Source: Alphaproteobacteria bacterium
GTDB taxonomy: Bacteria > Pseudomonadota > Alphaproteobacteria > RF32 > CAG-239
Assembly (NCBI GenBank): GCA_016283295.1
Contig: JAEEMQ010000009.1
Span: 32,713 to 96,712 of the forward strand
DNA length: 64,000 nucleotides
Reading direction: 5' to 3'
Of the stretch, positions 30,401-35,614 are shown in pieces. Position numbers and translations under genes: made by a program. Below the pieces are notes generated by a model, which saw only the letters and a list, made by a program, of their open reading frames with translations, was not told where the DNA came from and ran no database searches. Each line of letters opens with the position of its first letter. The stretch's first letter is position 1.

Positions 30401-31052
30401 GGTTAACAGTACACGGATTGTATCTACGGTCGGTAATAATACCAACTTGGCCAGAGGTACGACGATTGAAGACCATTTGGTTTCGTTGGATAATGCCATC
30501 GGTAACAGAAACTACACCAGCACGAACATTGTCGGCCAAAACAGCAGCACGGCTGCGGCCATCAGCGCTTTGGATAAGAGCATCGGTTCGGCTGCCGACT
30601 TGGGTAAAAACCCGATTAACGGAGTTAAGGCCGGCAACAGTGTTAATGCCAACATTGCAGCGGTTAACACGGCGTTGGGCGATATTTCGCAACTCAAGAA
30701 CTCTTACCTGTTGTCTGATGCGGTTTCCATGACCGATGCGGTTCAGAGATTGGATGCTCAGATATACGGCATGAGCAGCGCGGTTAACGAAGTTGCTCAT
30801 CAGTTGAACGATGTCCGCAAAGAAATGCGGGGCGGCTTAGCTTCGGCAGCAGCCTTGTCGGCGCTTGTTCCGAATGCTCGTTCGGATGGCAAGACATCGC
30901 TTTCTCTCGGCCTCGGCGGATACAAGGGAACGCAAGGGGTTGCCGTCGGTGGTTTCCACTACTTTACGGATCACCTCCTGTTCAACGTAGGCGCTTCGTT
31001 AGGCGTAGACAGCGAGGCTATGTATCGCGTAGGTATGACCTATACGTTCTGA
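15462..31052 (+). CDS. trimeric autotransporter adhesin (type Vc), 5196 aa
   Basis: ~44-aa N-terminal signal region; N-terminal Thr/Asn/Gly-rich head-like repeats; about a dozen stalk/neck modules (..GMGGSFN..G.WSG..QTYKD..PV..I..A..HV..IG...LG..); five inserted ..EVHG..G....VLGE.AD.T.IGTATTGIKIDTTDAGKKVEV..DTIKLGD.. modules; C-terminal coiled coil plus YadA-type anchor GGLASAAALSALVP...SLGLGGYKGTQGVAVGGF...RVGMTYTF. Confidence 0.9.
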   Translation: MKYTRTAIGLLTAQYRSVLKKCWLINVGLFALGAAAIMPSEAQADAYNRYSSDMRSAQTEGASSSPGWIANSSYMADGWRLAGNLDSISSDSYWDSYTTGIFVHEKRAGSTSGNASTYDSTDPSATGDNDYFVMGNFVGDVYYSLDYLRYHAGFATESYVNTSISTSETNMQTWVNNQGFLKSVTPANDAKITISVRGTEDSFTLNQSTAKTLTFDNVATTAELDDEKTTRSTADTNLQTAINNEITNRETAVSNEATARDNADKNILDGTTKFTKLNINDKTVTGIDQSNPYYTTTDGSNDVLATTATVGKSIANLLGANNTWGGTTNTFTNNVVVKGNTTLGDNSAQDTLTVNATSTFNNNVGVTGTVTASSNITSSGGNITATTGNISATAGSISAGSNLSAGGNLSVTGTAEIGSTTTVKGDLYVNNGANTMMSVDHTTGNISTDGSLNVKGNTTLGDTPSSDSVTINGKSYLKNDLEVQTTTGTKKMSVTSSSGDIWTAGSITADTNATINGDTTLGNAASDKLLVNADSTFKNNITVKNGEANRITMAYDTGNIWTYGNLQVDGNTILGNAQESDTLTVNAKTYINGDDIALGNASSDLLTVNANTIFKDYIRSDNGKTFTMYTGTGTTPQIKLDGSNGDIVVYNAGGNAPVAVMNRPNDKNGQITLSRYNSGTNTTTMINAQSTADGSVLYMNNNFGKSGITLENKGDTTPQGSLSMYAGGSTTTDPTLMAELKSTTSGGTFKLTDGTNLKNEQDKSSITLTNSSNNPSINILTEADGTGTIIVKNTAGTPVNTLNKDGITIADGKLLYMGTTDYNLDSDASKRNTIQFNGRVMDTFSLEDNLYDNNSHYGDANTIASTKTVANALGTLSGTNYLFDTEFGRFSNTVAENLKRIDSKIDTWTDRFRNITTSKAVVDGSDSAGGLNPTPTIGDTFEAIDQAIGRVANGNYVGPYNGNTSTNIAANINKLDVQLATTYSGMLTNREDLATLRSEVGYRNRIDTANKNLTYGSASSPATIVDALNNMSYTVGLIHNLANSDGTVNSTDTDSTVGTRTNLNYLSKTVSGQLVALDNAIDKAKTRIGNTETAIGTVTNLSTGYYVYGAGDLTTAVLTLDGQIRTNANRIGNLNSLTGSAAGKSNLVAAVNAVDSALTKEVNRAKGVETTLNTAIEDEVSRATTEEGKLRTAINNEVTRAKKVEGNLNNLQVTIPDGLDVNLVNAINSLKGTVDDLDVQIQNTGTDIGSLTDLKHNAISDKTKVTKAINSLAVNVANGMGGSFNTSGTWSGTASTYLGNKTVYNLLGAVQHVSDAIGTVEDFGATPANGLSVSNTVNKNLTALSSSLTNEIRRATREETTLHNDIAAETTRATEAEEQLDAKIDSEVTRARGVEGVLANLHGHATGSSNLVAAINAVDQATYDENTRALDAEATLRTSITAETARARTAEETNAANIANEVTRATQVENTLTTNLNTLTSTVGNLGNITSNAVSSRSSVTNAINSLANNVSTGMGGSFNGDGVWSGSVQTYKDTNPVTVYRITDAIDHISNTIGSVADLGYTGTSTPKNGLSKSNTVNANLAALNKAMGDVSIFKSNTYNNQAKNATDVVDAITKIDNYVSTIGGGIGDLGALTHPAITVSQRSKITSAVNSLATNVANGMGGTFTEGPGTWSDSIQTYKNTSPVQVSSIMDAVKYVAGANVIGTAAELGAEVNGISKNNTINANIGAVNSKLGNVGIFIADNYTGAAKNAGTAADAIRAIDQALTNEAERAADAEADLQTEINTVDGRVTTVNTNVTNLTNKVNNIGAGMGGSLTTDGVWSGTIKTYKDATDVPVSSLLEAIRYVAGANVIGTAAELGSEANGVSASNTINKNIGNLSSALTGEISRATTRETQINTALEQEVTRATEKETELTGSINTVKNNVTTLTNNVNTISTRVNKISTGMGGSFDANGDWSGTVQTYKDSAAVPVSTVMGAVDHVIGVIGTATELGTANGVSADNTINANIGALSSALTNEIDRATGKETELKNSITTVSGRVTTLSTTVENMSTKVNNIGTSLGGDLTSDGVWSGSMKTYRDSGMVEYDNIFDTVKKLNTNIGTAAELGTANGVSASNTVNKNIGALSSALTTAVNESVTRDETLQTNITNVDNSVTTLGNTVNNLSTTVDALDTSVTNMGNTVNTLNTNVTNLGNWVGAGPFTHNAISDKSNITGAVDSLAANVERGMGGSFDATGTWKATILDNSSISYGQINGATAITGVLSQVVSNIGTRADLGYGVDPVTSEPTTPKNGLSDSNSVNANLAALNSAVGNVGRFSEESYRDTVVKGSTSVVAAIESLDSYVKDIVVAGISGDIDQFVTELHQEINRSTNVDNNMQIQINGLGARIGEWPSPRNNAITDVTSVTNAIESLADNIETATGGTFQEGGSWKGSVTAYKVAQESDAAAPKDFTTIMGAINYVSDVIGDAEDLGYGTDPQTLEPITPANNVSKTKTVNENIAALNAALVSVQDGYATKAEVHGVDGTTGDIVNLGELADKTNIGTATTGIKIDTTDAGKKVEVVADTIKLGDKITVNNTNGMTTFSNGGESVKIQNGTIETSSTVKTAGLILTDNTSTPVSKVDSGAAPVTSGAADIMATTATVYATVGNAAALDSGNFAGSGDTVADKLAALNTKVGNVSNINVELDQGVTKNVVNAINKINSLTTAAGTDITHIKAALGNTFDATTGVWGDTLQTYKDTNPVEFTDVMSAIKHVAGANVIGTAAELGSANGVSASKTINANIGALSGALTTVKQDLTDKYALKTEVHGDNNTSTVDTVSIGNQADKTEIGTATTGIKLDDTTSGKKIELTANTIKLGDQITITESDDTTAISGNVTVGGKTTLSSDATTGGLSFGNETTVATSIVNTIGEGSANALATSQAVKNYVGTGDLTLKLNGSTAGTFNANASTGTEIDLGYLVTQAAATPAAEIKTNGNTTIIEASADVGSNLTKMANVVKNNADTIANAVTTVEQINLVTDNVYVNDGNLITSGAVRNYVEGIDDTVVHKAGPEDITGTKTFKAAQNFEKTSGANTYTTIIDGKTLTMKNGSNTKITLDAQSGNANIGGTLDVAGLATLSGGAAIANGQSLTVGNGAGGSTPATFNLNGTQAVSQIVNEVTSTDEDELKSQLVTAKAVKNVVDSIAVADGDKVIVSNNQKKMVSSNISTTELNQLSGINTDKTIQAQLNDKMDTADWTTTISDVKYIRGDKIAAKSIDSTQLNDDAVTTDKILNENVTKAKLEHDVQTSLDKADTALQNVKINGTALTKTDNAVNIAVVMDADDIEVPATPSGYANDGKLISSGAVREYVTGAVSNKVSKTGDTMTGALTINNGAATDVSLTTSGYIAATGGVKFDSEERIMKGTYTGDLNLGTEGDGGNDYTLVTTKALASTLYNEAQNGKYRFGTADNQYINSDTDTTIGAAITRLNQGLYTVNNSALTSVMVNGEALQPTNNAVDIVITESEASGKISVNGHDVAITNVVTKNEAQDITATKTFKALQKFTKTEQQIVEEQPVTVTYETDIDGKTLTIGKVGDAAITLNGADGSSVFDGQMQVGGGITTTTLDTSGAINSGGLITASAGVNTTTLTASGLVTANKGITVKDGEKLIFNNAELTKVLTGTATLTDDDDTIASSRVIKNAITTATDDMAKKTWVLGDTGSQLANFTASGTSSSNILADGVSRKLGDAVNYLGQQTLKIKNKFGTDAELGYDPDDATVIPANNIRKENTVNANIAALNTTIGDLDDLEVTLDSGVEKNVVNAINKVNYDLQNASGYMTGYVTKPEVHGVEGETGHNVVLGEFADTTTIGTDTIGIKIDTTDAGKKVEVKGDTIKLGEKVAINNNGQATFGTGSNTVNIQNGAITATGNTTTGGLIIKNGADATAYTSQTITRIDADGTNPLTEGSATTLATTQTVARTVGNVASLNTGNFQGTGGTVADKLSKLDDVIGAFSALGSDSSKGISSRNKLTNAIASLADNVAGGMGGTFNAGTGAWSGQIQTYKDPSAVTINSLMEGINHVVDVIGTAADLGYTTNPDDPTTPIAPKNGLLKSNTVNANLAALNTVIGDRSIFNATSGYTGNAQNAADVVHAIAAVDNAVVQEVIRAQAVEGNLDNLDPDLNLTGADKNLVNAINKVNETVKAIDGDYVTQAEIHGGTGHENIVFGDAANTTTIGTATTGIKVDTTNAGKKVEVKADTIKLGDTVTVNNSTGLTTFGSGDDIVKIQNGAVEAAGNVKTAGLVLTNNTTPVSKVDAGTAPVTSGAADTMATTATVYATVGNVAGLTTGNFTGSGNTVEAKLSALDTAVGDVSGLTTGNFTGSGDHVVDKLTALDSAIGDKSALGSDASNGIKNKSDVTHAIASLAENVGGGMGGEFNATTGKWGGSVQTYKDTSPVAVTTIMGAVDHVVDVIGTATDLGYDNTDPSNPITPKNGVDKSKTVNANIAAVNAAVGDVSTLAGTWAPSETKNVVNAINKINNSVNTANENIDDVKDSFGGNGFDSEGNWSASASTYRSTITVNKMMDAVNHISNTIGSVADLGYDNSDPLNPVEPKNGLLKTNTVNQNLAALNAAIGDTSALAGTWETSETKNVVNAINKVNGLVNTANTQISNIKDSFGGDFDATTGEWKATISTYYKTDNNIHTVVDAVKVVSDTIGKASQLTTGTQTTLSASNTVNENLRALNNALDAAKQSFSTDYVTKPEIHGDNDPSTTDTVTIGDQAAKTVIGTANTGVIVDTTDSGSGTRVDITGDRVNIGTTVEVNDQTGNVTFRGNTGSVEINNGNVSATGVTIGGNTVDSIDTGTAITSANASSSTLATTATVAATVSSVMGGEIDPTTGKWSARVSTYLSTIEAESFLQAVNHVSNTIGTAADLGTAMNGVDRTNTVNTNIAAVNSTIGDLKGLAKDLKNLTNGKDGEYYNPQSVVEVLNNIDSTMGRIHGLANTDGTVNSTRIVSTVGNNTNLARGTTIEDHLVSLDNAIGNRNYTSTNIVGQNSSTAAAISALDKSIGSAADLGKNPINGVKAGNSVNANIAAVNTALGDISQLKNSYLLSDAVSMTDAVQRLDAQIYGMSSAVNEVAHQLNDVRKEMRGGLASAAALSALVPNARSDGKTSLSLGLGGYKGTQGVAVGGFHYFTDHLLFNVGASLGVDSEAMYRVGMTYTF
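28410..28585 (+). repeat. in-frame 87-bp tandem duplication inside the adhesin gene
   Basis: ggttaaccaccggtaactttaccggcagcggc... occurs twice, encoding GLTTGNFTGSG(N/D)..KL(S/T)ALD(T/S)A(V/I)GD; coordinates are approximate. Confidence 0.6.
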
Positions 31053-31127
31053 CAATAACTCAAAAAAAGTATAGGGAGAGTCAATTCTCCCTATACTTTT
31101 GAGTGTTTTATAAAAAAGGTTGATGAA

Positions 31128-31742
31128 ATGGCAGATATAACAGAAAAAAATAATAAAGAATCTGAAGATAACAAAAAAGATAATCGGATGTTGCGTGTAA
31201 CGGCGGGGGTTGCCTGTCTGGCTTTGGTCGGGCTGGCGCTTTTTACTTATTCTTTGGAGCAGAGAATCGCCCGAGTTGAGGCCAATACATCGCAAATAGA
31301 AGATAAATTGGCCAAGCGCGTTGATGATAATCGCAAAATCTATGTGTATAACATGGAAGAAACTTTGCTTGCAGCCGGAATACCTGCCAGCAGCCAACAG
31401 TTCGAATCGGATATTGCCTCGTTGGAGCGGGAAGTGGCTGACGCACAGGAAAAAATCAAAACCTTGAAAGAAGCGCAGGTTAAGGAAGAATTTTCGGATA
31501 TGTATCTGCGTTCGTTGAAAATGCGGCGCGATGAGCTGATTAATAAATATTCCGAATCGATGCAGGTGGTGCTTGATGCCATCAATCAGGCTTTGGAAGA
31601 AGTGGCACGCGAAAATAACGTACATACCATCTTTTTATCCAGCGCCATTGCCATCAGCACGGAATATGTGGTGGATGTTACGCCGCAGGTTATTGAAAAG
31701 ATGAAACAGCACGCCGCCGGCGGCCAAAACGGCAATAAATAA
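31128..31742 (+). CDS. OmpH/Skp-like periplasmic chaperone, membrane-anchored
   Basis: Charged N-terminus then one TM anchor (LRVTAGVACLALVGLALFTY); KIYVYNMEETLL block; long coiled-coil middle; C-terminal ..HTIFLSSAIAISTEYVVDVTPQVIEKM.., consistent with the OmpH family. Confidence 0.55.
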   Translation: MADITEKNNKESEDNKKDNRMLRVTAGVACLALVGLALFTYSLEQRIARVEANTSQIEDKLAKRVDDNRKIYVYNMEETLLAAGIPASSQQFESDIASLEREVADAQEKIKTLKEAQVKEEFSDMYLRSLKMRRDELINKYSESMQVVLDAINQALEEVARENNVHTIFLSSAIAISTEYVVDVTPQVIEKMKQHAAGGQNGNK

Positions 31743-31778
31743 GACTATTCGTCTCTCATTATCCCCGACACACAATAT

Positions 31779-32311
31779 CAATAAAAAACCACCCCGAAGG
31801 GTGGTCTTTTTATTGGTACGCGCTTTAGGATTACTTCGCTGCGCTATGTTCTCCTCATTCGCTCGCTGTTGCTCACCGGCGTTCTTTCGCCCGCCTCTCA
31901 TTCGTCGTCATCTTGCACCCTTGAGGGTGCTTCGGTCACTCGGTTGCAAATTTTTCGCCGCGCGGCGCTTACGCTTGCTTGCTTAAAAGCAACCTTCGCC
32001 TGTCGTCAACAAACAACATTTTGAGGTTGTTTGTTTTCCTCCAGCCCTTCATCCCAGGGTTCTTATCCTGTGCGCACAATACCAATAAAAAAACCACCCC
32101 GAAGGGTGGTCTTTTTATTGGTACGCGCTTTAGGATTGTCCTTCGCTTGTTACACTCGCTCACGACCTTCGTCGGATATGCCTGACGGCACCGGCACACC
32201 CCCGTGTGCCTTATCCTCCTCAGCGAACCCTTCATCCCAGGGTTCTTATCCTGTGCGCACAATACCAATAAAAAAACCACCCCGAAGGGTGGTCTTTTTA
32301 TTGGTACGCGC
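31779..32311. repeat. three tandem copies of a bidirectional terminator hairpin plus tRNA-Lys 3'-end fragment
   Basis: aaaaaaccaccccgaagggtggtctttttattggtacgcgc occurs at about 31783, 32089 and 32272. Copies two and three share an identical 84-bp block (32045-32128 and 32228-32311). ttggtacgcgc is the reverse complement of the tRNA 3' end gcgcgtaccaa, and the first two copies continue as a degenerate T-arm (aatcctaaagcgcg versus aatccctgcgcgcg). Confidence 0.7.
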
Positions 32312-32378
32312 GCAGGGATTCGAACCCTGGACCCACTGATTAAGAGTCAGTTGCTCTAGCCAACTGAGCTACGCACGC
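32302..32378 (-). tRNA. tRNA-Lys (anticodon CTT)
   Basis: Reverse complement gcgtgcg-ta-gctcagttggctagagc-aactg-actCTTaatcagt-gggtc-caggg-ttcgaat-ccctg-cgcgcgt-a-cca folds as a cloverleaf with encoded CCA. Confidence 0.85.
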
Positions 32379-32498
32379 ATAAATCGCGAACATCACTTGT
32401 ATAATTCATTATATTTTATTTTGCAACATATTTTTTTATAAAATCATAAAAAAAATAAATGCCGATAGTTTTCACTATGGGCATTTACTTAAGTTCTG

Positions 32499-32828
32499 TC
32501 AATCAAAGCAGTACCGGCGAAGGAAACTTGCCACATCGGCATTGGCGATGATGTAGTCCACAAAATTGCCGAAGGTTTCAAACGTCGCGGCTTCTTCCAC
32601 AGTCAACTGACCTTCAGTTAGCTCCAAATCGGTCCAGTAGTTAAGCAAATTGACAAAGGTGTCGAGTTCGCTTATTCCGTCTTCGTCTTCCGTCTCGTCG
32701 AGAAAGTCGCTTCTGCGAGTGGTCAGGGTAATTTCGAGCTTTTTGTGCATCTGTTTTTTAACCAGACGCGCCAACTTTGCGGCAACCAGTTTCTGCAGGT
32801 TGGCAACAAAAGATTGTTTCTTTTTCAT
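32499..32828 (-). CDS. hypothetical small acidic protein
   Basis: 109-aa ORF upstream of and co-directional with tRNA-Lys; basic N-terminus, acidic C-terminal half. Confidence 0.5.
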   Translation of the reverse strand: MKKKQSFVANLQKLVAAKLARLVKKQMHKKLEITLTTRRSDFLDETEDEDGISELDTFVNLLNYWTDLELTEGQLTVEEAATFETFGNFVDYIIANADVASFLRRYCFD

Positions 32829-32978
32829 AAGCTAATAATTTATGGAGTTAATAATAAAAAATGTACCCTGTTTATAGCATATTGCAATCAGATGTCAATA
32901 GGTGAAAATTTTTTATCGAAATTTCATAAAATGCGGTTATAACTAAATAAAACAACACTTTTTTATGGGAGAAAAAAT

Positions 32979-33920
32979 ATGGCAGAAAAAGAAAATCAGC
33001 CGAAGAAAAAATCTAAGTGGCTGAGAAAAACATTTAAATGGCTTATCGGCGCAATCGTATTGTTGCTGGTATTGATTATCGGCGGTGCTTATTGGGCTTA
33101 TAACTATTTCGATTGGCACTCCAAAGTGCGGCAGATGGTGCACATTTACGGCTCGCAGGTGGTGGGTACCGACGTCAACATCGGGCGGATTGATGTTTCG
33201 CTTAAAGACGGCCGCGGCTCGGTCAGCGACATCACAGTCGGCAATCCGAACGGTTACAGCAAAGATTTAATCATTAATCTCGGTACGGCCGCAGTTAAAG
33301 TTGATGTAGAATCGGTGAAAAAAGCGCTGATGGAAACAGCCAAGAAAACCGGTCCTAAAGTAAAAACCATCGTTATCGATGAAGTGAGAATCAGCAAACC
33401 GGAAGTTACTTATGAGCTGATGAATCTCAATCGCAACAACGCTAACGACGTTATGGCTAACATCAAGAAAAATACGGCATCTTCGGCCAAAAAAGAGGAG
33501 CCGAAGCCGGCAGATAAAGATGCGGTGCAATATAACGTTGCAATTAAAAAGGTAATAGTTGAAGACGGCACGGCTACGATTGCCGCCGGCCTGCTCGGTG
33601 TTTCCAAATCTTTGAGCATTCCTCTTCCGACCGTTACCGTCAGTAACGTCGGTACGGAAAAGCAGGGCATAACTATCGGCGACGGTTTGGCTCGCATCTT
33701 CCAGGAAATCTTGAAAACCACGGTTTCGGCCGTATCCAAAGTTGATTTGAGCGGCCTGTTGAGCGGTGCCGGAGACCTTGCCAACGGTGCCGTTGATGCG
33801 GCCAAAGGTGCAGCCGGAGCCACCGTAGACGCAGCCGGTAAAGCCGCGCAAGGTGCCACCGACGCAGTCACCGGCGGAGTGAAGAGTGTGTCTGACGGTA
33901 TCGGCGGCCTCTTTAAATAA
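32979..33920 (+). CDS. membrane-anchored hypothetical protein
   Basis: Lys-rich N-terminus, single TM (WLIGAIVLLLVLIIGGAYWAY), then a soluble domain ending in a Gly/Ala-rich tail. Confidence 0.6.
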   Translation: MAEKENQPKKKSKWLRKTFKWLIGAIVLLLVLIIGGAYWAYNYFDWHSKVRQMVHIYGSQVVGTDVNIGRIDVSLKDGRGSVSDITVGNPNGYSKDLIINLGTAAVKVDVESVKKALMETAKKTGPKVKTIVIDEVRISKPEVTYELMNLNRNNANDVMANIKKNTASSAKKEEPKPADKDAVQYNVAIKKVIVEDGTATIAAGLLGVSKSLSIPLPTVTVSNVGTEKQGITIGDGLARIFQEILKTTVSAVSKVDLSGLLSGAGDLANGAVDAAKGAAGATVDAAGKAAQGATDAVTGGVKSVSDGIGGLFK

Positions 33921-33946
33921 AAATTTATATAATGGTCATCTACTTG

Positions 33947-33994
33947 AAGGATTTTTTCTTGTGTACTCTTTTGTACACGGCGAAAAAATCCTTC
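33947..33994. promoter_or_regulatory. long inverted repeat in the pyk upstream region
   Basis: gaaggattttttc ... gaaaaaatccttc perfect 13-bp arms enclosing a nested gtgtac/gtacac inverted repeat. Confidence 0.35.
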
Positions 33995-34183
33995 TTCGTA
34001 TCTGACTCATTCTTTAAATTTTTAGCTGCTGTATTAGTTGTGTCGTCAAAATCCCCCTTCGTATTTACCGAATTTTCCGTGTTGCGGCAAAAGATATATC
34101 ATATCCTCAAAGTAAAACTTGAAATTAAGAACTTTTGCTTTATAAAATAGAGGCAAGTTAAACTTATAAAAGAGGAATTTTTC

Positions 34184-35605
34184 ATGCCAATAGATACCCA
34201 TACCAAAATTTTAGCCACCATCGGTCCTTCCAGCGCCTCCAAAGTTATGATTGAGAAGTTGGTTAAGGCCGGAGTCGATGCTTTTCGTTTCAATTTCAGC
34301 CACGGTACTCATGAGGAGCATGCCGAGCGCTTGCAGACGGTTCGCGATTTGAGCGAAAAATACAAAAGACATCTGACGGTTATTGCCGATTTGCAAGGGC
34401 CGAAATTGCGTGTCGGTACGTTTAAAGACGGTAAAGTTACCTTGAAAAAGGGCCAGACGTTTACGCTGGATATGAAAGATGAAGCCGGTGACGAAACCCG
34501 GGTTACTTTGCCTCATAAAGAGATTTTTGCGGTGCTGAAAGCCGGCGATAAATTGTTGCTCAACGACGGTAATATCGAGCTTGAAGTGATTTCAAACAAA
34601 AATTGCGTGGCGCAAACCAAGGTTAAAATCGGCGGTGTTTTGTCGGCGCATAAGGGAGTTAATCTGCCGAATGTCAAGCTGCCGATTGACGCCATTACCG
34701 CCAAAGACAAAGAAGACTTGAAATTTGCGTTGGCACAAGGTGTTGATTGGGTTTGTCTGTCGTTTGTACAAAGTATTTCCGATGTGCGGATGGCGCGTAA
34801 ATTAATCGGCAAAAAGGCGTGGATTATTTCTAAATTGGAAAAGCCGAGCGCGATTGAAGAGCTTGATGACATTATTAAAGAATCCGACGGCGTTATGGTG
34901 GCGCGCGGCGATTTGGGGGTTGAATGCCCGATTCAGACGGTGCCGGTGTTGCAAAAACGTATTGTTAAAGCTTGCCGCAAGTATGCGCGTCCGGTTATTG
35001 TGGCTACGCAAATGCTGGAATCGATGATTGTGAACCCGACTCCGACCAGAGCCGAAGTTTCCGATGTGGCAACCGCGGTGTACGACGGTGCCGATGCCGT
35101 AATGCTGTCAGCGGAAACGGCGGCGGGAAATTATCCGGCCGAGGCGGTGGAAATGATGCACCAGATTATCAAGCAGGTGGAAGAAGGCGAAGGATATTAT
35201 TCGCACCTGCAACGGGATTTGGACTTGTCGGATTGCGACGATGTGGCCGATGCCATTACTTATGCGGCGGCGGAAATGACACAGATTTTGCCGAATATTG
35301 TCGGCGTGGTAACATACACCAGCTCGGGCATAACGGCATTATCAATGGCACGCGAGCGGCCGACGACACCGATTCTGTCGGTTACGCCATCGCCGATAGT
35401 GGCACAGCGTTTGGGTATTGTTTGGGGGGTTAAAACCACCGTCTGCGGAGAGATATTTAAGGACTTCAATCGTATCAGAGAAACGGCTCTTGCCGCTGCC
35501 AAACAGAACAAAATCGGCAAAAAAGGCGATTATTTGGTGGTGACCGCCGGATATCCGGTCGGCGAGGCCGGAATGACCAATCTGTTGCATACGGTAGAGA
35601 TATAA
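34184..35605 (+). CDS. pyk: pyruvate kinase
   Basis: KILATIGPSS..FNFSHG N-terminus; full-length 473-aa PK with barrel and C-terminal domains. Confidence 0.95.
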   Translation: MPIDTHTKILATIGPSSASKVMIEKLVKAGVDAFRFNFSHGTHEEHAERLQTVRDLSEKYKRHLTVIADLQGPKLRVGTFKDGKVTLKKGQTFTLDMKDEAGDETRVTLPHKEIFAVLKAGDKLLLNDGNIELEVISNKNCVAQTKVKIGGVLSAHKGVNLPNVKLPIDAITAKDKEDLKFALAQGVDWVCLSFVQSISDVRMARKLIGKKAWIISKLEKPSAIEELDDIIKESDGVMVARGDLGVECPIQTVPVLQKRIVKACRKYARPVIVATQMLESMIVNPTPTRAEVSDVATAVYDGADAVMLSAETAAGNYPAEAVEMMHQIIKQVEEGEGYYSHLQRDLDLSDCDDVADAITYAAAEMTQILPNIVGVVTYTSSGITALSMARERPTTPILSVTPSPIVAQRLGIVWGVKTTVCGEIFKDFNRIRETALAAAKQNKIGKKGDYLVVTAGYPVGEAGMTNLLHTVEI

Positions 35606-35614
35606 GCTTTTTAC

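Noticed and set aside
20862-30800. Multiple long minus-strand ORFs (532-588 aa) inside the adhesin gene, for example 20862..22598, 24330..26096, 26643..28241, 28500..29558 and 29604..30800
   Set aside because: They are antisense to a well-supported 5196-aa ORF. The sense strand is dominated by GGT/ACC/GTT/AAC/GCC-type codons whose reverse complements also lack stops. The translations are low-complexity (R/V/I/N/G-rich) and have no RBS or start context.
15462-31052. CRISPR array or other non-coding repeat array within the adhesin region
   Set aside because: The repeats are in-frame coding repeats of variable period with no short fixed repeat-spacer periodicity and no cas genes. No CRISPR array is visible anywhere in the window.
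31801-32339. Small ORFs (61-103 aa) in the terminator/tRNA-fragment repeat region
   Set aside because: They are composed of the repeated terminator and tRNA-fragment sequence itself and duplicate each other because the DNA is duplicated. This is non-coding repeat DNA.
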